NCBI GenBank assembly: GCA_040768485.1
Contig: JAXGMU010000002.1
Location: 106,285-168,865, forward strand
DNA: 62,581 nt
Direction: 5' to 3'
From: Bacteroidales bacterium
Lineage (GTDB): Bacteria; Bacteroidota; Bacteroidia; Bacteroidales; GCA-2748055
The translations under genes and the position numbers were made by a program. The notes beneath the pieces were generated by a model. It worked only from the letters and a program-made list of their open reading frames with translations, searched no databases and was not told where the DNA came from. Of this stretch, positions 11,013 through 19,822 are shown piece after piece (position 1 is the first letter of the stretch; each line of letters begins with the position of its first letter).

Positions 11013-11049
11013 CTTTCTAACTCCCCTAACTCATCTAACCCCGAAGGGA

Positions 11050-12732
11050 TCATAGCACATACGTTAACCCCAGCATGATCCTGAACCGGTATGATGGATA
11101 CTGGTTATAGATGTAGTACTTCTGGGCGGCCAGGTTGTTGATGCGGGCCCAGAAGGAGAGCAGGTTGCTGTAGCGGTACTCCACGCCCAGGTTGGCGTCC
11201 ACCGTGAGCGGCAGTTTGCCCGGTTCTTCTCCGGGCCCGAAGACCTTGTAATAGCGGGGACCGATGGCGAAAATACCGCTGTTGAACAAAATTTTATCGC
11301 TCATGTTATAGCGCACCTGGAGGGAGAGGTCGAAATCCGGGTGGTGCCAGGGATGATCCTCCCTGACCATCAGGTAACTGTAGTAGTTCCCCTTCAGGAA
11401 GATCTTCCACGGATCGGAGGGCCTGATGGTGAATTCCCCGTGCACATTGACCATGGTCAGGTCGTCGTAGATGACCCTGAACTGGTTCTTCAGCTCACTG
11501 CTGGTGTCATTCACGAAATAGTGCTGGTTGTCAATGATGGAATAGCTTCCCTTCAGGTTCCAGGCCAGCGCATCCGAAAAGCGGCCCTTGAGACCGGCAT
11601 AGGCAATCAGCTTGTGGTTAACGGGCTCGATGGCAAGTCCCGGCACCACATATGGGTTCTCCTCCACGGTTTTCCGCAGGCTGTAGGACTCCAGGTACCC
11701 ATCCACACCGAAGTAGGGAACGATCACCTCCCTGACGATGTTGAACTGGAAGGTGGCCCTGGGATAAAAATGGGGTGTGAACACCCCGCCGGTGATCTCG
11801 GAATAGATATTCACCCCTGCCGTGAATCTCCATTCGGCTGAGCCTTTTGCCAACGTCGGCTTGAGGCGGATGATGGCCTGGTTCCCCACAAGTGTGTCCC
11901 AGGATGCATCATGGTTGTAATATTCAAATCCCGCATCGCCTGCGATATCAATGGCCCTCAGGCTTTTGTCGAAGGTGAAATCAAACGTGCCCGCGTGCTC
12001 GGCCAGGTCGAACCGGTGGGTGAAATAGTGGTATCCGAGACCGGTGTTATAATTGAAATGCAGGGAATCCGCATGCATGGAGTGCAACCCGATCCCTCCT
12101 GCCGCGGTGAAGTAAGGATGCAACGCATCCTCCCTGGCGAGCACCGTATCCAGATCCGGATCAACCCCGTAATGCACATATGAATTGTAACTGGCCCCGG
12201 CTTTGTATTCAAATACCGCATTCCGAAGAAACCTGTTGCCGAAAACCTCCCCCATGTTCTCGTTAAAACCTGCTGCGGCCTTCAGTTTTTCGGGCTCCGT
12301 ATCCAGCTTCACCTTCCCGTTCATGGAATGGTGCTTCAGGTTCAGGCCGAATGTCCCCCTGCGTGACCTGAGCTGACTGATATTCAGCTCGGCCAGCGGA
12401 GTCAGGTAATTCCCCAGTCCCATGGTAAGCTGGCTCTTGTAAAGCTTCTTCAAAGGAGCCTGCACCATTCTGGCGGCGTTGATGGGTTCCACCCTGAACT
12501 CACTCTCATAGCGTTTCGGGAAAAGCTGGTAGGTGAAACCGGGCGACTCGAAGGCCACCTCTTCATCCAGACTGGGAAGAAGCTGGATCTTTTCGGCACC
12601 CGACAGGGTGGGCGTGTAAGGTTTCACCACCCGGACCTCCTCCTGCTGGCCGCTCAGGCTGAGCGGGACCAGGACACTGATGGCTGCAATCAGCAGCACG
12701 GAAAGGAAATATTTCATATGCATCTGGTTCAT
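11050..12732 (-). CDS. Outer-membrane beta-barrel / TonB-dependent-receptor-like protein (partner of the TPR protein)
   Basis: Signal peptide, VVKPYTPTLS N-terminal motif, amphipathic beta-strands, C-terminal INNL...Y...YPSY..GLTYVL; the usual Bacteroidota position downstream of the TPR gene. Confidence 0.75.
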   Translation of the reverse strand: MNQMHMKYFLSVLLIAAISVLVPLSLSGQQEEVRVVKPYTPTLSGAEKIQLLPSLDEEVAFESPGFTYQLFPKRYESEFRVEPINAARMVQAPLKKLYKSQLTMGLGNYLTPLAELNISQLRSRRGTFGLNLKHHSMNGKVKLDTEPEKLKAAAGFNENMGEVFGNRFLRNAVFEYKAGASYNSYVHYGVDPDLDTVLAREDALHPYFTAAGGIGLHSMHADSLHFNYNTGLGYHYFTHRFDLAEHAGTFDFTFDKSLRAIDIAGDAGFEYYNHDASWDTLVGNQAIIRLKPTLAKGSAEWRFTAGVNIYSEITGGVFTPHFYPRATFQFNIVREVIVPYFGVDGYLESYSLRKTVEENPYVVPGLAIEPVNHKLIAYAGLKGRFSDALAWNLKGSYSIIDNQHYFVNDTSSELKNQFRVIYDDLTMVNVHGEFTIRPSDPWKIFLKGNYYSYLMVREDHPWHHPDFDLSLQVRYNMSDKILFNSGIFAIGPRYYKVFGPGEEPGKLPLTVDANLGVEYRYSNLLSFWARINNLAAQKYYIYNQYPSYRFRIMLGLTYVL

Positions 12733-12739
12733 ACTGGCT

Positions 12740-15700
12740 TTACCGGGGATTCTCCGGCCCCGGAACGATATCGCTTTCAGCCTGTTCTGTCAGGGCTGCT
12801 TTCCTCTGTTTTGCATTTGCGATGATCCCGTCATCGGGAATGGTGTAATAATCGATCAGGCTCTGCAGTGAATTGATCGCCGAGAATTCGTCGCCTTTGG
12901 CAAGGTAGATATCCGACAGGGTAAGAAATGCCATACCCATCCAGTACTGGTGGGGTGTGTTCATCTCTATGAATTCGTAAACCTCCTCTTCCGCCTCATC
13001 CATTTCGCCCCTTTCGTAAAGGATCTCGATGATCCGGTACTTGGATTCCGCACCCTCCCGGCTGTTGACTTCATGGGCCACCTTTCTGAAATGATCATAG
13101 GCGAAATCCATCTCATTGAGCGCGTAGAACGACTTGGCAATGCAGAAGTTGGCTTCCCTCCGGATCTCCTCCTGAAGCTTGTCGAGTGCAAGCACTTCCC
13201 GGGCCGCCTCGATGGCACTGCCATGCTCGCCCAGCTCAAAGTAGCAGCGCATCAGGCCGATCCGTGCATCCTGGATGTTGTTCTTCTTTTCGGCCACCTC
13301 GAGCATGGTCAGGTAATTCTCAATGGCCCTGTGATAGTTCTGCTGCCCGAAATTGATCTTTGCCGCGGCTTCCAGGGCAGGTTCGGTGAACATGTTCCTG
13401 GAATGGCCGATGATGTAATCCAGTGACTCCAGGGCTTCCTCGTTCTGCTGCAGTTTCAGCTGGCAGTCCGCCTTGTAGTAATGGGCGTTGAGAAGGAACC
13501 TTCCCCGGGGAAAAGCGTCCAGGTAATCCTTGAACGCACGCACCGTCGCTTCACAGTTGCCCCGCATGTACACCATTTCGGCTGCCGTATAGGTGAGGGA
13601 GTCCTGCTCCCGCCTGGTGATGTCCCTTCCGAGCCTGTTCACGAATGTGAGGTATCCGTCCACATTGTCCCTCCGGACATAGATGTTCTTGATGCTGGTC
13701 AGGGCATTGTCCGCCTCCGGGGTTCCCGGGTAGGTGGTCGCCACCTGTTCGTAATACTCCAGTGCCCTCTCATAATCTCCCTGGTTGTAAAAGATCAGTC
13801 CCATCTGGTTCATGGCCTTGCTGGCATAGCTTGAATTGGGATGGCTGTTCAGCAGTCTCTGGTAATATTGCTGGGCCCTAACCGGATCATTCAGGGTCAC
13901 ATAGCTCCTTCCGATCTCAAACAGGGCATCATCCACGAAATTGGACTCCGGAAGCTCCCTGGTCAGCCTGGTAAGCACCTCCACTTTCTCCTGGGGCCTG
14001 TCCAGCAAACCCAGGGTGAATCCTTTCTGGAACATGGCATAATCGGTGTCCGCCTGTCCCGAGCCGATGGACTGGTCATAATACTCCATGGCCTGCACGT
14101 AGCTCTTATTCACGAAATAACAATCGGCCACCCGGTTGTATGCATCCGACAGGGTGGGTGCCTTCCGGTCCTGCTCCAGTCTGATGTACCGGTTGAACCA
14201 TGTCACTGCATCGTCATAGTCAGCCTCATCAAAAAAGATGTATCCCATGCTGTAGTGGCACAACGGATACTCTTCCTGCCTCGAGGCGCTCCCGTCACTC
14301 AAAAATTCCCCGTAGTAAACCTGTGCCGTCCCGGGATCGCCGGACCGGTATGCCGCCTCTCCCAGCCAGTAGTAAGTCCGCGCTGCGATCACAGGATCAT
14401 ACCGGGCATATTTCAGGGATTTCTCAAAGACCTCGACCGCTTCGGTGAACCGGAGGTTCTTATACAGCTCCAGTCCCCTGTAAAATGCCACCTTCTGATA
14501 GGCCTTTTCGATCTCAGGACCTTTCTCGCGGATCTTTTCCAGTGAAACAAGCGCCATGCTGTAGTTGCGCGTGCTCAGGTAAGCGTTCACCAGGTAATTA
14601 TAAGCCTCATCGGTGTTGTCGGCTGCCGGGTATAGCCGGATGTATTCCTCGAATGCCCTGATCGCCTCATTGAACGGGTTGTAGGACAGTTCATAGGTGA
14701 CCTTGGCATAATTGAACATGGCATCCTGCTGTATGCGCAGGTCGAAATCCATCTTTGCCGCCTGTGAAAAGGCAATGCGCGCCTTGTTCTTGTCTCCCAG
14801 GTGCAGGTAGCAATCCGCCAGGTGGTACAGAGCGCTCTGGGCGATTTCCGTCCTCCGGTAGCTGATCTGTTCGAAAAGCTCCCGGGCCCTGTCGTATTCC
14901 CCGCTCATGTAGTAGGCAAATGCCAGCTGGTAACGGTCATGGATGGTGGTTCCCCCGCTGTTTTCCCGGTAAGTCTCCAGGTACGGGATCGCCTCCTCAT
15001 ACGCTTCCAGCATGAAATATGATTCCCCGATGATCTTTGCCATCTCCCCCAGCCTTTTTTCGGAAACCCCCTCCATCAGCGGTGGGGCGAACCGGATGAC
15101 CTCATCATATTTTTTCTGCATGTAGAGGATCTGGGCAATGTAATAGGGGGCAATGTTGGAAAAGAGCGGATCATCCACGATCCTCCGGAATCCCATCAGG
15201 GCAGTCTCGTAATTCCCTTCGGTGTAATGGATGTGTGAATAATAATAGGTGGCCGGGGCGGTGTAGGATGACTCCACATCCAGGATTTCATAGAAATGGA
15301 CCCTGGCCTGCTCGAAATCGTTCCGCTGGTAATAGGCGAAACCCTTCTTGAAATGGTACTCGGACAGTTCGCTGCGGTTCAGTGCGAACCTGTCCACCCG
15401 GTCGTACCAGTAGATGCATCTGGCCCAGCTGTTCTTGTCATAAAAATAATCGGCCAGCCGGAAAGCTGCTTCATCCACGTGGGGACTCTCGGGATATTCG
15501 GAAATGAACGAAAAGACCAGGTGTTCGGAATCATCGTTGCGCAGCTCTACAGCGCACATGGCCAGGTAGAAAGCAGCTTCTGAACGGACCTCCGACCGGG
15601 ATCCTTCCGTGCTTTCAAGCAGTTTTTCGAAAACATGCCTGGCCGCACCGTATTTCTCCTTTTCATAAAGCCCGAGTCCCTCCAGGTAGGTATTATCACC

Positions 15701-15796
15701 GTACTGGTAGATGGCGTTTTTCTGACCCGAAGCACAGATGGCAGAGGTGATCATGATGAAGGGAAGGACAACCTTGATGGAATGGATCATATGCAT
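12740..15796 (-). CDS. Large tetratricopeptide-repeat envelope protein
   Basis: Signal peptide and many TPR units (YYWLGEAAY, ALFEIGRSY, YPGTPEA). Confidence 0.92.
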   Translation of the reverse strand: MHMIHSIKVVLPFIMITSAICASGQKNAIYQYGDNTYLEGLGLYEKEKYGAARHVFEKLLESTEGSRSEVRSEAAFYLAMCAVELRNDDSEHLVFSFISEYPESPHVDEAAFRLADYFYDKNSWARCIYWYDRVDRFALNRSELSEYHFKKGFAYYQRNDFEQARVHFYEILDVESSYTAPATYYYSHIHYTEGNYETALMGFRRIVDDPLFSNIAPYYIAQILYMQKKYDEVIRFAPPLMEGVSEKRLGEMAKIIGESYFMLEAYEEAIPYLETYRENSGGTTIHDRYQLAFAYYMSGEYDRARELFEQISYRRTEIAQSALYHLADCYLHLGDKNKARIAFSQAAKMDFDLRIQQDAMFNYAKVTYELSYNPFNEAIRAFEEYIRLYPAADNTDEAYNYLVNAYLSTRNYSMALVSLEKIREKGPEIEKAYQKVAFYRGLELYKNLRFTEAVEVFEKSLKYARYDPVIAARTYYWLGEAAYRSGDPGTAQVYYGEFLSDGSASRQEEYPLCHYSMGYIFFDEADYDDAVTWFNRYIRLEQDRKAPTLSDAYNRVADCYFVNKSYVQAMEYYDQSIGSGQADTDYAMFQKGFTLGLLDRPQEKVEVLTRLTRELPESNFVDDALFEIGRSYVTLNDPVRAQQYYQRLLNSHPNSSYASKAMNQMGLIFYNQGDYERALEYYEQVATTYPGTPEADNALTSIKNIYVRRDNVDGYLTFVNRLGRDITRREQDSLTYTAAEMVYMRGNCEATVRAFKDYLDAFPRGRFLLNAHYYKADCQLKLQQNEEALESLDYIIGHSRNMFTEPALEAAAKINFGQQNYHRAIENYLTMLEVAEKKNNIQDARIGLMRCYFELGEHGSAIEAAREVLALDKLQEEIRREANFCIAKSFYALNEMDFAYDHFRKVAHEVNSREGAESKYRIIEILYERGEMDEAEEEVYEFIEMNTPHQYWMGMAFLTLSDIYLAKGDEFSAINSLQSLIDYYTIPDDGIIANAKQRKAALTEQAESDIVPGPENPR

Positions 15797-15809
15797 TGGA
15801 TTGACCTGT

Positions 15810-15817
15810 CAAAATTA
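15810..15817 (-). promoter_or_regulatory. Bacteroidota sigma-A -7 element TAATTTTG for the TPR operon
   Basis: Matches TAnnTTTG on the minus strand 13 bp upstream of the annotated start. Confidence 0.55.
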
Positions 15818-15925
15818 CGAATAATCCCCGCGGCTCTCGCGGATACGGTTCTTTTTAATTAACAGCAGGATGTTAATTTTAGTATAATTATAATTCTTAT
15901 TTTAGCCGGATAATTAAAGGATTTT

Positions 15926-16639
15926 ATGCCCCTGGACAACATCATTACGCTTGAAAATGCGGTGATCAGCATCAACGACCACCTGGTCCTTTCCGATGTG
16001 AACCTGCATGTCACGAAACGGGAGTTCGTTTATGTGATCGGCAGGGTCGGAAGCGGCAAAACCAGCCTGATCAGGACCATCAATGCAGAATATCCGCTGC
16101 ATGAGGGACATGGAGTGGTGGCGGGTTTCCAGCTTGAAAAGATCAGGAGGAAGGAGATCCCCTATCTGAGGCGAAAACTCGGGATCGTGTTCCAGGATTT
16201 TCAGCTGCTGACCGACCGCACGGTGGAAGGGAACCTGGAGTTTGCACTGAAGGCCACCGGCTGGAAGAATAAAGGGGAGATCAGGGACAGGATCGCCGAA
16301 GTGCTGGAAAAGGTGAACCTGGGATACAAGGGTTATAAAATGCCCCACCAGCTGTCGGGGGGTGAACAGCAGCGGGTGGTCATCGCCCGGGCCCTGCTGA
16401 ACGATCCGGAGGTCATCCTGGCAGACGAACCTACCGGGAACCTTGATCCCGCCACCTCGGATGAGATCATGAAGATCCTGCTGGCCATTTCAGAGAGCGG
16501 ACGCGCCGTGATGATGGCCACCCACAACTACAACCTGCTGAAGCGCTTTCCATCGCGGACGCTCAAATGCGAGGATGGCCGGCTCGAAGCCGCCAATTTG
16601 AGCGAAACCGACATCGACCGCCTGATCCGCAACGAATAA
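15926..16639 (+). CDS. ftsE: Cell-division ATP-binding protein FtsE-like
   Basis: [42 protein letters not shown]; divergent from the TPR gene as is common in Bacteroidota. Confidence 0.8.
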   Translation: MPLDNIITLENAVISINDHLVLSDVNLHVTKREFVYVIGRVGSGKTSLIRTINAEYPLHEGHGVVAGFQLEKIRRKEIPYLRRKLGIVFQDFQLLTDRTVEGNLEFALKATGWKNKGEIRDRIAEVLEKVNLGYKGYKMPHQLSGGEQQRVVIARALLNDPEVILADEPTGNLDPATSDEIMKILLAISESGRAVMMATHNYNLLKRFPSRTLKCEDGRLEAANLSETDIDRLIRNE

Positions 16640-16649
16640 TCCGGGATCG

Positions 16650-17738
16650 TTGGATCTGAAAACATATACCCTTGAAGAACTGGCATCCTATGCCGGATCG
16701 ACCCGTTACGGCAGTTCAGGCACCTTCCCCCTGAGTCCCCTCCGCCTGGCCTCATATCTCCACAATCCCAGGGCTGAAAGAACCGATCATGTGCTTTTTG
16801 AGATGTACGACGGGAACAGACTGGTGGCATTCCGCACGCTGCTTCCCGACCTGTTCCGCGATCATACAGGACATTCCCACCGGTTTGCCTGGCTGAGCGG
16901 AAATTACGTGGATCCCGGTTTCAGGAGGCAGGGCATCTCCACGAAGCTGTTCCTGGCAGCCGAGGAGTGCTGGGAGGGAAAACTGCTGTATACCAATTAT
17001 GCACCGGCCTCCAGGGCGGTTTATGACCGGACCGGCAGGTTCAGGCTGCTGAAGGAGCGAAAAGGGAAAAGATTCTATCTGCGGGCCGCCTCCCGGGAAC
17101 TGATGTCGTGGAAAGGCCTGCCGGGATCCCTGCCGGGAATTGCGGACCGGATCATCAACCAGGTCCATGACAGAATGCTTGAACGTTTTCAACCGGAAAA
17201 AAAGACCACCTGTTCGGTGGAGGAGATGGTTACACCTGATCCGGAGGTCGGGTTGCTCATCGGAAGGCTGCAGGAAAATTCACTTTTTTGCAGGGACATG
17301 GAGGTGTTTCAATGGATCCTCCGTTATCCGTGGGTAACAGACCGTGATGCGGCTCCTGTCCCTTACCATTTTTCCCACAGGGCATCCCTTTTCAGGAACC
17401 GGCTGTTAAAATTCACCACACCCGGAACGGGAAAACCGGCTTTCCTCTGGATGATCATCCATAACAGGAAATTGACAGTACCCTATGCCCTGCGCGAAAA
17501 CACTTCCATGGACCGGGACATGGCCGTCGAGATCCTCCGGAGCATGATCATCCACCGGTGCGCCTACACCACCATTCGCGAGCCATCTTTGGTGGAGCAG
17601 ATGACGCGGTACAAAAAATGGTTCCTGCTTATCCGTAACATGCCCCAGCTGGTATTCGCCCATGAAAAAATTGCAGGGATGATCCCGGGCGACCGGGTGA
17701 TGCACGACGGTGACGGGGATGTGGTATTCACCGGGTAA
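16650..17738 (+). CDS. GNAT-family N-acetyltransferase
   Basis: Acetyl-CoA-binding motif YVDPGFRRQGIS; TTG start. Confidence 0.7.
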   Translation: MDLKTYTLEELASYAGSTRYGSSGTFPLSPLRLASYLHNPRAERTDHVLFEMYDGNRLVAFRTLLPDLFRDHTGHSHRFAWLSGNYVDPGFRRQGISTKLFLAAEECWEGKLLYTNYAPASRAVYDRTGRFRLLKERKGKRFYLRAASRELMSWKGLPGSLPGIADRIINQVHDRMLERFQPEKKTTCSVEEMVTPDPEVGLLIGRLQENSLFCRDMEVFQWILRYPWVTDRDAAPVPYHFSHRASLFRNRLLKFTTPGTGKPAFLWMIIHNRKLTVPYALRENTSMDRDMAVEILRSMIIHRCAYTTIREPSLVEQMTRYKKWFLLIRNMPQLVFAHEKIAGMIPGDRVMHDGDGDVVFTG

Positions 17739-18737
17739 TCAATATCTCAGCCGGTTCCTTCCCAGGGGCATCTTCAGCAGGTAATACAGGTACTCGGTTT
17801 TCAGCCGGCTCATGCCGCTCCCCGGCATGGACTCCATGGGGATTCTCTGGATGAACCGTCTGAATCCCGTCTGTTTCAGTCCCGCCGTACCGAACAATGC
17901 CCCGGCCACGTTTCCCTCGAGCAGATAGCGGATCACAGATCCGGGCACCCCTTCACTGGTAAAGGGGAAGGAAAACCAGGCGGTCCTGATCCCGAATCTG
18001 GCCTGCAAATCTTCCACACTGTCACGTACCTGCCGGACCATCTCATCCTGTTCCATATAAGCGAACTCCTCATGCTCCGCTCCATGGCCACCAATGGCAA
18101 AGCCCCATTCAAGCAGGTCCCGGATCTGACCGGTGGTCATGTAGACGGGCTGCTTTTCCATATAACGGTGAAAATCCACTCCCAGCTCAGATGCCAGCGG
18201 ATCCAGCAGCGGGATGCGGGGACCTGCGACCATCTTAAGTGCACTGATCACCCGATCTTCAGGGACGACAAGGAATTCAGCAGCCTTTCTGCATGCCTCC
18301 CGGTCGGAACTGACCCGGTCCATCAGGATGCTGGCCCGGTACCTGAAAAAAAGGTCTTTGTTGTCAATAAAACGATTGTTCAGGAAGAAGATGGCCGGTA
18401 TTCCTTTCTTTTTCAGAAGCGGGGCGATGACGGAGTGACATTCTGCCAGTCCGTCGTCAAAACTGAGGACCATCCGGGGCCGCATGTCTCCCTGAGTTGT
18501 ATCTTCCAGGTAATCTTCCAGCTGCACCGGTTCGAACAGCCGGAGCAGGGATTCCAGGTCACTCTCGAACCGGGCCGGATCTCTGAACGGGTAGAGGTGA
18601 CCGATGTGCGGAAGCGGCCGGTCGCTGACCACATGGTAGAAGGGAAAAATGGTCTTTTGTCCGGACAGGGCGATCATGGTTCTGAAAGGCATCCACCCGG
18701 CCGGCAGGGACAGGATTTTTCTGCGGGTATCAGGCAT
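17739..18737 (-). CDS. Polysaccharide deacetylase (CE4/NodB-like)
   Basis: FYHVVSD, LSFDDG, IGGHGAEH, FSFPF. Confidence 0.88.
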   Translation of the reverse strand: MPDTRRKILSLPAGWMPFRTMIALSGQKTIFPFYHVVSDRPLPHIGHLYPFRDPARFESDLESLLRLFEPVQLEDYLEDTTQGDMRPRMVLSFDDGLAECHSVIAPLLKKKGIPAIFFLNNRFIDNKDLFFRYRASILMDRVSSDREACRKAAEFLVVPEDRVISALKMVAGPRIPLLDPLASELGVDFHRYMEKQPVYMTTGQIRDLLEWGFAIGGHGAEHEEFAYMEQDEMVRQVRDSVEDLQARFGIRTAWFSFPFTSEGVPGSVIRYLLEGNVAGALFGTAGLKQTGFRRFIQRIPMESMPGSGMSRLKTEYLYYLLKMPLGRNRLRY

Positions 18738-19644
18738 GTCTCCGCGCAGATTTTAAAGGAGCCGACAAACGGTTAAAACGAACGCGCTGGAAAACTTCAG
18801 GGTGAGCACCGAATCCTGAAAAGAAACGGGCCACGGACGGAATGCTTGAACCTTCGAAATCAAGGATCATACCGGAACCTGCATGATCCGCGATAAAAGC
18901 GTCCACTACTTTGAACATGCTCCGCCGTTGTTTTCCCCGTTCACTCGAAACGGCCACCAGGTATATGGCCCTGGTCCGGCTGTATCCGAAAAATGCGGCC
19001 GCATCCGGTTCTTCTCCCTCCATGGAACCGTAAATCATTCCGTCGCCGTTCGTTAAGATCGTCTTCAGCAGGCCCAGCAGCCAGCGGTAGGAAGCTTCGG
19101 GCCTCCTGAAGATATCATGTTTTTTCTTTAAGCTGACCAGTACCTCCGGATCAATGTCTTTCCGGACCCCTTCATCCAGCGCCAGTGCCCGCTGGATGTT
19201 TCGCCTGGTGTTACTGGCATAGGATTGTCTCAGGCTTTCATAGCCGGCTTGCAGGGTGAGCCGGTAGTTTTTGCGGTCGTCCACCACAAATGGTCCCTGC
19301 TCCCCGACCAGGTTCCCGCTGTTAAAATGCATGTGACCGAAAATGAACTTTTTCGGTACCCGGGCAAGCATGGCGGAAATGGTTACGGGATCTGTAAATT
19401 CCCTGCCGAACACGCCAAGCTGCTGTGTGTAAAAAGGCTGGTACAGATAGCTGATCCCGAATTTGCGCTTCCATACAAGCGGCATGATGAAGCGGTAATC
19501 ATCCATGATCAGGGCGGACCAGTGCTCTGCGGCGGCATCCAGGTACCAGGAGTATGGATAGAGGGTTTCTGCGGAAGAATGGGTTATCACCTCATTCCAC
19601 CGGTCATCGTCAATGTTTTTCCGGTCGACAAATTTGATCATCAT
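18730..19644 (-). CDS. FemAB/GNAT-like (Acetyltransf_6-type) cell-envelope modification protein
   Basis: YQPFYTQQLGVF, NTRRNI, LDFEGSSIPSVARFFSGFGA; overlaps the deacetylase start. Confidence 0.75.
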   Translation of the reverse strand: MMIKFVDRKNIDDDRWNEVITHSSAETLYPYSWYLDAAAEHWSALIMDDYRFIMPLVWKRKFGISYLYQPFYTQQLGVFGREFTDPVTISAMLARVPKKFIFGHMHFNSGNLVGEQGPFVVDDRKNYRLTLQAGYESLRQSYASNTRRNIQRALALDEGVRKDIDPEVLVSLKKKHDIFRRPEASYRWLLGLLKTILTNGDGMIYGSMEGEEPDAAAFFGYSRTRAIYLVAVSSERGKQRRSMFKVVDAFIADHAGSGMILDFEGSSIPSVARFFSGFGAHPEVFQRVRFNRLSAPLKSARRHA

Positions 19645-19662
19645 ATACTGCTACTTCGTAGC

Positions 19663-19703
19663 GTTAGTTGAGTTAGTTGAGTTAGTTGAGTTAGTTGAGT
19701 TAG
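19663..19703. repeat. 9-bp tandem repeat (GTTAGTTGA) x4.5
   Basis: Read directly; ends in GTTAGGTTTGT as the 10.5-kb array does. Confidence 0.95.
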
Positions 19704-19735
19704 GTTTGTAAGTCCCATTCCCTAACTTCTAACAA

Positions 19736-19822
19736 TTTCGACTCCCGACTTTCAACTCCCGACTCTTGACTTTCGACTAAAGACTTTCGACTAAAGACTT
19801 TCGACTAAAGACTTTCGACTAA
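19736..19822. repeat. Heptamer array: 12 units of Tnnn(G/A)AC, including (GACTTTCGACTAAA) x~4, overlapping the mutS2 stop
   Basis: tttcgac tcccgac tttcaac tcccgac tcttgac, then alternating tttcgac/taaagac. Confidence 0.93.

Larger units (their letters stand above)
10495..11039. mobile_element. Inverted-repeat-bounded four-helix-bundle cassette (IVS-like element outside rRNA)
   Basis: GTTAGATGAGTTAG (10495-10508) is the exact reverse complement of CTAACTCATCTAAC (11026-11039), extendable imperfectly to ~22 bp. Contains tandem arrays and one small ORF. No transposase or clear target-site duplication. Confidence 0.55.

Noticed and set aside
10493-11039. CRISPR array or diversity-generating retroelement
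   Set aside because: The repeats are 9-11 bp and head-to-tail with no spacers or cas genes. No reverse transcriptase or TR/VR pair was seen despite the Avd-like fold.
10485-11049. Classical IS element with target-site duplication
   Set aside because: There is no transposase, and the flanks (ggtggaagga / cccgaaggga) are not a convincing direct repeat.
19663-19822. CRISPR or telomere-like repeat
   Set aside because: No spacers; short intergenic arrays inside a bacterial gene run; the similarity to TTAG telomeric units is superficial.
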